A stretch of 64,000 nucleotides of DNA from Octopus vulgaris. Taxonomy: Eukaryota. Position 1 is the stretch's first letter, and every line of letters begins with the position of its first letter. The stretch covers positions 9,424,001-9,488,000 of the forward strand of contig OX597837.1 in the NCBI GenBank assembly GCA_951406725.2. The letters run 5' to 3'. Shown here one piece after another: positions 56,442 to 64,000 of this stretch. Below the pieces are notes generated by a model that was not told the origin of the DNA, did not search any database, and saw only the letters and a program-made list of their open reading frames with translations. A program made the translations under genes and the position numbers.

Positions 56442-58502
56442 TCCTCGTTAATAATTTATACAATCCACTTTTTGATCCAGTTCTATCATGGCCGCAACAA
56501 AACAGGAACATCGTCGCCATATTACAATGATGTAACACTCAGTATTTATTTAAATATAATTTTTTTTTGTTCTACTTCGGATATTTTTCCTTCTTTCAAA
56601 CACGCCAAATAAACGGGTCTTCTTGTGATTCAGTGTGTGTATTTTCTTTTGAATATTGTCTTTATCAGTATGTCCGTATGAGTATGTGCCTGCCTCTGTG
56701 TGTGTGTGTGTGTGTGTGAGTGAGTATTCGTGTGTATGTGTATGTGTGTGTGAATATGTACTTGTGTGTGTGTGCTTGTTTGCGTGTACTTCTTTGTGTG
56801 TGAGTGCGTGCTTGTGTGTGTGCGTGTGTCGGTGTGTGTATTTAGGTGCTTGGGTATGTGTGTTTGTCTCTGTATGTCTGTGTGAATATTGCGTGTGTGT
56901 GTACATCTGCTTTAGTATGTGCGCGTGTATGTCCACGTGTGCGTGTTTGTTTGTGTGTGTGTGTGTGTGTGTACATCTGTACGAGTATGTTCGTGTGTTT
57001 GTTCGTGTGTTTGTGCTTGTTTGTGTGTGTGCATCTGTTTTTGTACATCTGTATGAGTATGTGTTTATGTCTGTGTGAGTGTGTACATCTGTATGCGTGT
57101 GTGGGTACACGTGTGTGCGTGTGTGCCTGTTTGTGAGTGTGTATGTATGTATGCGTGTGTATATGTGCTTGTTGGTGAGTTTGTGTGTGTCTGTAGTTGT
57201 AAGAACACTGGTGTATTGTAGTTTTATCGTTTTCATCAAGATAAATTTTATATTTCCCATAAGTAACTTGAAATTATAAATGTTTTATATAATATCTACA
57301 TAAATGCCATAATATTTATCAAATGAAATACACACGGTATACTCTGTGTGTCGACATAATACATCATAAACATACATACATTACAAACATCGTATACACA
57401 TCTAGTATGAACAACTCATGTGTGTGTGCGTATGACTGTCTGAGTTTTCATAGGTGCGTATGTGTGTGCGTGCGCGCGTGTTAAGAATATTTAATAGTCT
57501 ATATTTTGTGGTATATATTTCATTATATATTTTCATTTATATTCTAAGATATTTATCTGTATAGTTAAATATCTGATTGTACTTTTTTTTTATGCGAAAT
57601 ATATTATTTCCTTTTTTCTCCCTTTTTCTTTCTCTATTTCTGATACGTATTCACGTTTACGACATAAATATAAATAAATAAATAAGTATATATATATATA
57701 TATGTAAGTATATATGTATATATATATATTTATGTATATATGTACGTGTATATGTAAGTATTCACAGAGAAAGTGACAGACAGGCAGACAGAAAATACAG
57801 ATATGTCAAATGCTATACAACGTAAATTGACTTCATGGTTTATTAAAATTATCACCGACCCTAGGGGATGTATAAAAATTACCAAATGGAAAATAAAAGA
57901 CTTGGAGCATTTGAAAAAAATTAAAGGAGACAATATCAAGATTGGAGAGTTTCTCCAAACTTGACTTCATCTTAATGCTATGGGAAAAGCTTAAATTGCG
58001 AAGATAAGAGGAGTGTTATAGATGTGCTTGTGACTAAGTAGACGTCGTCTGCACGAAAATTGTCCGACATTGTCTCCAGTTGGTAAGGAGTGGAACACCT
58101 TTAGGCGAACGTAACTTTGCTTAATTAAAACAAAAATGAGCTGAGAGACATTAAGAAGTCCTGGGGACGATCTCTTCGACTAAAGGCAGTGCTCCGGTAT
58201 GGCTGCAGTGAAATGATTGAAACAAATAGAAGAATAAAAGAATGAATCTCTCTCTCTATATATATATATATATATCAGAATGAGTGGACAAGCAAAAGAA
58301 GGGCACACATCAAATTTATTGTCACTTACATGTAATTGATCAAAACAATTTGATTCATATTTGAGTTTCAAACGTGTTGCTAGTGTTGAATTCAAAATGG
58401 CTGTGGGAGTGAACCCGGAACCGGAATCACGTGGTTCAGAAGCAAGTTTCTTAACACGCACCCATTACTACGCCTCTTACTCCTGCGCCTATATACGTCT
58501 AA

Positions 58503-58600
<98 letters not shown>

Positions 58601-58786
58601 TATGTGATGTGTGTATGTCTGTGTGTACGTATGTATGTATTTATGTGTATCTATATATACACGTTTGTTTTTGTGTTTAGATAAGTATGATAGTTCTTCA
58701 TTTCTGTTCTGAGATAAATCGACAGAGTTATAATTATGTATTGCAAAGAATCTCAGGCTGAGATACAGCAAAATATCGAGAATATT

Positions 58787-58821
<35 letters not shown>

Positions 58822-59645
58822 ACAAAAAATATATATATGTACACATATACATGGATGCAACCCCACGTAAAATAGAAATTTAAAATATTAAGTGACATTT
58901 GCAGGATGACAGATGTAGAGATATATTTTAAAACGATGAATTTATCGTATTTATATGAATGCGCTTAAACTCTCAATTTGATAAAAGAACCAGATTTGGT
59001 ACGAGTGTAGACTTATCATTTGAAATCATACTTTTCTTCACTTGGTATTTACATATGCGCATTTGCTTTGTTATCGTTGTGTTCAGATATGCTTAGGCAG
59101 GTGCACACTTATATCTATATGTATATATGCATGTATGTTTGTAAATATATATGTGTGTATATATATTCGTGTAGTTTATAGGTATAGATATATATATATA
59201 GATAGATATATATAGATATATATATATATACTTGTGCATATACTTGTTATGATTTTATGCTTTCTAACGATTGTTACCTAACCAATGTCGAAGAAACTTG
59301 CTGGTGGAAAAATATAGCCAACAACACAACAATAGATAAATAAGGAGATTCACAAATGCACAACCACACGTGCATACATACATATCCAAACAAACACACA
59401 TTTATATGCGTGTGTGTGTGTGTATATGTATTTATACAAGAATTTGTATATATATATATACATGTATGTATATTGTGTATATATATGTATATGTATATAT
59501 ATACACACACACATGCATGTATATATACATATATATATAGACATATATATGTGTGGTCGCGCATGTGTGTGTGTATGAATGTCTGTATGTATGTATAGAT
59601 ACACACAAACTTCGACCAAATGTTACGCACCATTTATATTATGTC

Positions 59646-60080
<435 letters not shown>

Positions 60081-60242
60081 TGCTATTCATTTCCTTCGCC
60101 ATGTAAACGTAGGTGTGTATTCATAATTATTTTATTTAATTTATTCAGTTGCAGAAAAGTTTGAAGCATGACTTCGACAATTCCGGAGAGTATTGAAGTT
60201 ATTTTGTGCGTGACGTTTTAACCCCCGTACACACACAAAAAC

Positions 60243-60297
<55 letters not shown>

Positions 60298-60692
60298 ACA
60301 CAAATACAAACATACATACACACACACACTCACACACACACACAAACATTCACATTCCTCCCTTTTACACGCACACACATATACTCACACAGAACTGAAT
60401 CACTGTTTGGTTTTAGGTATGACCGATGACTTTTCACCATCCCACTTCAATCGGCGGGTCACCGCTTCCTTTTTCATTTAAACGTTGTGACGGATAAATA
60501 CACAAGCATATTATTATAGTAGATTATTGTTGTAGAATATGCACGACGCTCCCTTTGACACTTCCTCTCTCTAATTGCTTTCACTTTCTCCCACTCTCTC
60601 TCAGTCATGGCTATTACTCTCACTACATGTCCTTCACTGAATCACTATTTTCTCACCTCTGCCTTCACCATTCACACTTAGTGCGTGATTTT

Positions 60693-60748
<56 letters not shown>

Positions 60749-60752
<4 letters not shown>

Positions 60753-61040
60753 GTTGGATACTGTCAACATAACATAACAGTCCCGTAAGGGAATTACACC
60801 ACCGCCATTTAGCCCTAGGAAACATCGACGTTTCCTGTCGGCTTTGACACATTTTCTGTGTCCTTATATTTGCAAAGGGGAGGCAATCACCCCCGGCAGC
60901 TGGGACTAGCACCTGAAGATATATGTTTCTGAGTGTATTGCGCGTCATCAGTCCAGGGTAGTCAGTCTCGCTCGGTGAGATGACTGCAACCTCTCTGCAA
61001 ATATATCCTTTTTTCAGCAAAATTTATTTACTGATCACCA
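60749..61040 (-). mobile_element. Family H2 element in (TA)n with hammerhead motif
   Basis: Second copy at 48167-48324. Hammerhead-like motif at 60904-60963. Confidence 0.75.
60904..60963 (-). ncRNA. Type I hammerhead-like motif
   Basis: Minus strand GACTA-C-CCTGGA-CTGATGA-(15 nt, weak stem II)-GAAA-CATATA-TC-TTCAGG-TGC-TAGTC. Confidence 0.55.
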
Positions 61041-61237
61041 TATATATAAATAATATTAGGGAGTAAATCCAAACTTACAGGGAAAAATTAGATTTAGGAT
61101 TAAATATAATTTTATAGTATAAATATATATATTAAAAATATTTTATATTTTATATATTTTTTATTAATTAATTTTATTTCTATGTATTGGTTTATGATTT
61201 TCACTGTATGATTTGCCTAATAGTGGTTTATATCTAA

Positions 61238-61288
<51 letters not shown>

Positions 61289-61756
61289 AACAATACGCTC
61301 ATTATCATATTAGGAAATGTACACACACACACACACACATATACATATATACATGCATACAAACATGCATACGTACGTACGCACGTACATACATACAAAC
61401 AACCCACACACATATTCGATTCTATATATTTTTGTATTTCTCTTCAGCTTTTTGTCGCTGGATGCGTTTCCGGTGAGAGCAAAAATAAATCAGGCTTAAG
61501 AGACGTTGTTTCTTTTCCTGTCACTATAGAATTAGTTGCTAGCTTCCGACGCTCACGCACGCAAGCATGCACGTCCACACGTCCACACACACACTACTTC
61601 ATATGTACATACGTAAAATGACACGCACGCTCACGTGCCTAGACACGACATTTTCGATCGAATATTGTACTTCTTGAAAGTTAAATTGTCCATGTGATAT
61701 ATATATGCATATATATATATATATTTATATGCAAATAGAATGATATATATATATAT

Positions 61757-61941
<185 letters not shown>

Positions 61942-62226
61942 TATGATGTAAATATAAACACTTATCTCTATTAATATTTAAGTATATATACATAAATGTA
62001 TACATAAATACATAAATACATACATACATATATATATATATACATCCGTATATATATGCACATGCTCATATGGGCATATGTGCATATATATATTCGTGTG
62101 TGTGTTTGTGTATGTATATGTATATATATTTATATATATATGTACATATATGCACTTACATAAACACGCAAACACACATATATATTCATATACGCAAAAA
62201 TAAACATGTGAATATATATATACGCA

Positions 62227-62289
<63 letters not shown>

Positions 62290-62927
62290 GTATATATATG
62301 TATATATATGTATTCATATATATATATATATGTATGTATGTATACGCACATATTAAGAAATATGTTTAAGTGTATATCTATATATGTATACACATACAGA
62401 TATATTGATAAACAGATGTATAGAAAAATAGATAGATACGTACAGATATATAAAATGCGTCTCCATACGTGTCTGCTGGTATCTTTAACTGTGTCCTGTT
62501 ATATGTAAATATCTATGTGATACATGTTCTTTCTGTATATCTCACATCGTACGTTTTATCTACCACGGTGTGAGGTTATTTATCATTTTCACTATAACTC
62601 TGTTGTATTTTTGTGTTTATTCTTCCAGCAGCTACAAATTTAAAAGAATTGTGTTGTCTGTTTTTTTTTTAATATATATTCATATATTTAATTTTTGTTT
62701 TCTAAATGAAGATTTATATCTTATGTGTAGTCAGGTTTTATTTCGTTTGCTTTTGTATCATATTTCTTGAAACTCACAGGCAGTCGCACACCCCTTCAGA
62801 CATACACATGAGCCTGCTTGCAATCTCCTACACATACATATATCTTCATATGCATAAACACACAGACACGCACGCATACACACGCACACACTCATATATA
62901 TATATATATATATACATATATATATAC

Positions 62928-62973
<46 letters not shown>

Positions 62974-63109
62974 GTGTTTGTGTGTGTGTGTGTGTGTGTA
63001 TGTATTTGTGTGTGTGTATGTATATGTATGTGTTATTACTTCACGATACATTTGTCCATTGTGTTTTGTTTGTAGTTTACTCAGCAGAAACATTATATTT
63101 ATTGCCCTC

Positions 63110-63540
63110 AAGAATTACATTGCAAAAGCGTTTTGAATCTTCGACCAGAAGGAGCCAACATGCAACTGCCAAATTATAAAATTTTACCTCCTAAAGGCCA
63201 AATGCTTGAAGGAAATCGTATCATATCTTGGTGATATCGGTAACAACAAAATATTTTCAATTTAACAATAGATTACACTGCATATTTGAAAATCACCTCC
63301 ATCAGCAGAACCATCCTTAAATTTTTCACTACCTAAAAATTTCTCTTCGCGTTCAAAGTATTCTAGTACATCAGAAGACAAAACTTAAGATTACAAAGTA
63401 ATTTTGTTATAATATATATATACTCGTGAATTTCATCACACATAACATGGACCAAATTTCTTCTTAAGAAAAAATATATATTCAAATAAATTAAACATAA
63501 TATCATGAATAGCGATAGCGAAACCGGTCGATATATTAAA
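63110..63540 (+). mobile_element. Decayed Penelope-like 3' region with degenerate hammerhead
   Basis: TCNCQIIKFYLLKAKCLKEIVSY resembles the CNC..CPL.G.CL..VY linker before GIY-YIG. ATATC-ATGAATA-GC-GATA-GC-GAAACCGGTC-GATAT lies at 63500-63534. Confidence 0.45.
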
Positions 63541-63590
63541 AATTATATTAAAACCATGTACGTGTGCGTATTTTCCTTTTTTAATTTCTC

Positions 63591-63619
<29 letters not shown>

Positions 63620-63621
<2 letters not shown>

Positions 63622-63815
63622 CGCATATTTGCCATTTGCATATGGCTAACCCCTAAGGGTGGATGCTACAGTAGTTTGTAGTCCCAGGAAGATATCTCCT
63701 CCAGCTGGCTATAGACACACTATCTGTGCCCTATCAGTATTTGTGAAGGGAAGTCATCCTCCAGTTATAAACAGTAGCGGTAACACATCGTGACGCATAT
63801 TTGCCATTTGAATAT
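63620..63815. mobile_element. ~148-bp insertion flanked by a 24-bp direct repeat
   Basis: GACGCATATTTGCCATTTG(C/A)ATAT at 63620-63643 and 63792-63815. Confidence 0.6.
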
Positions 63816-63841
63816 AACTCGCTCTGAGATTTATCATTGTT

Positions 63842-63892
<51 letters not shown>

Positions 63893-63894
63893 TG

Positions 63895-64000
63895 CATGTG
63901 GGTGGATGTCTGTGCCTGTGTTGTCCCCCACCACTGCTTGAGAACCGATGCTGGTGTCTTTACGCCTACCTGACAGTTCGCCAAATAAGACCGATATAAT
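63895..64000 (+). mobile_element. SINE type A, 3' half (runs off the window)
   Basis: TGTCCCCCACCACTGCTTGAGAACCGATGCTGGTGT..GAGACCGATA-like sequence. Confidence 0.7.

Noticed and set aside
57770-58080. Possible Tc1/mariner transposase remnant (SPNL..LWEKLK across frames)
   Set aside because: A single short, frameshifted motif with no TIRs.

Overview
This is AT-rich eukaryotic non-coding DNA dominated by microsatellites ((TA)n, (TG)n, (TATC)n, (TATG)n, (TAA)n) and retroelement debris. The SINE families and repeat density suggest an octopod cephalopod intron or intergenic region (inference). I found no host protein-coding exon I can support, and almost all ORFs in the track are microsatellite read-through. 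Supported content: (1) about eight fragments of R4/Dong-like restriction-like-endonuclease (RLE) LINEs, mostly embedded in (TAA)n, including a three-copy tandem stack; (2) a young 5'-truncated Tx1/L1-clade LINE inside a (TATC)n array; (3) CR1, RTE and Penelope-like remnants; (4) at least four tRNA-derived SINE types with shuffled head and tail modules; (5) several short elements carrying minimal type I hammerhead ribozyme motifs, one family with a recurrent CUGUNGA core variant; (6) several long fold-back palindromes. The strongest theme is retroelements partitioned by microsatellite landing pad, plus hammerhead-bearing Penelope-derived elements. Coordinates were read by eye and may be off by a few bases.
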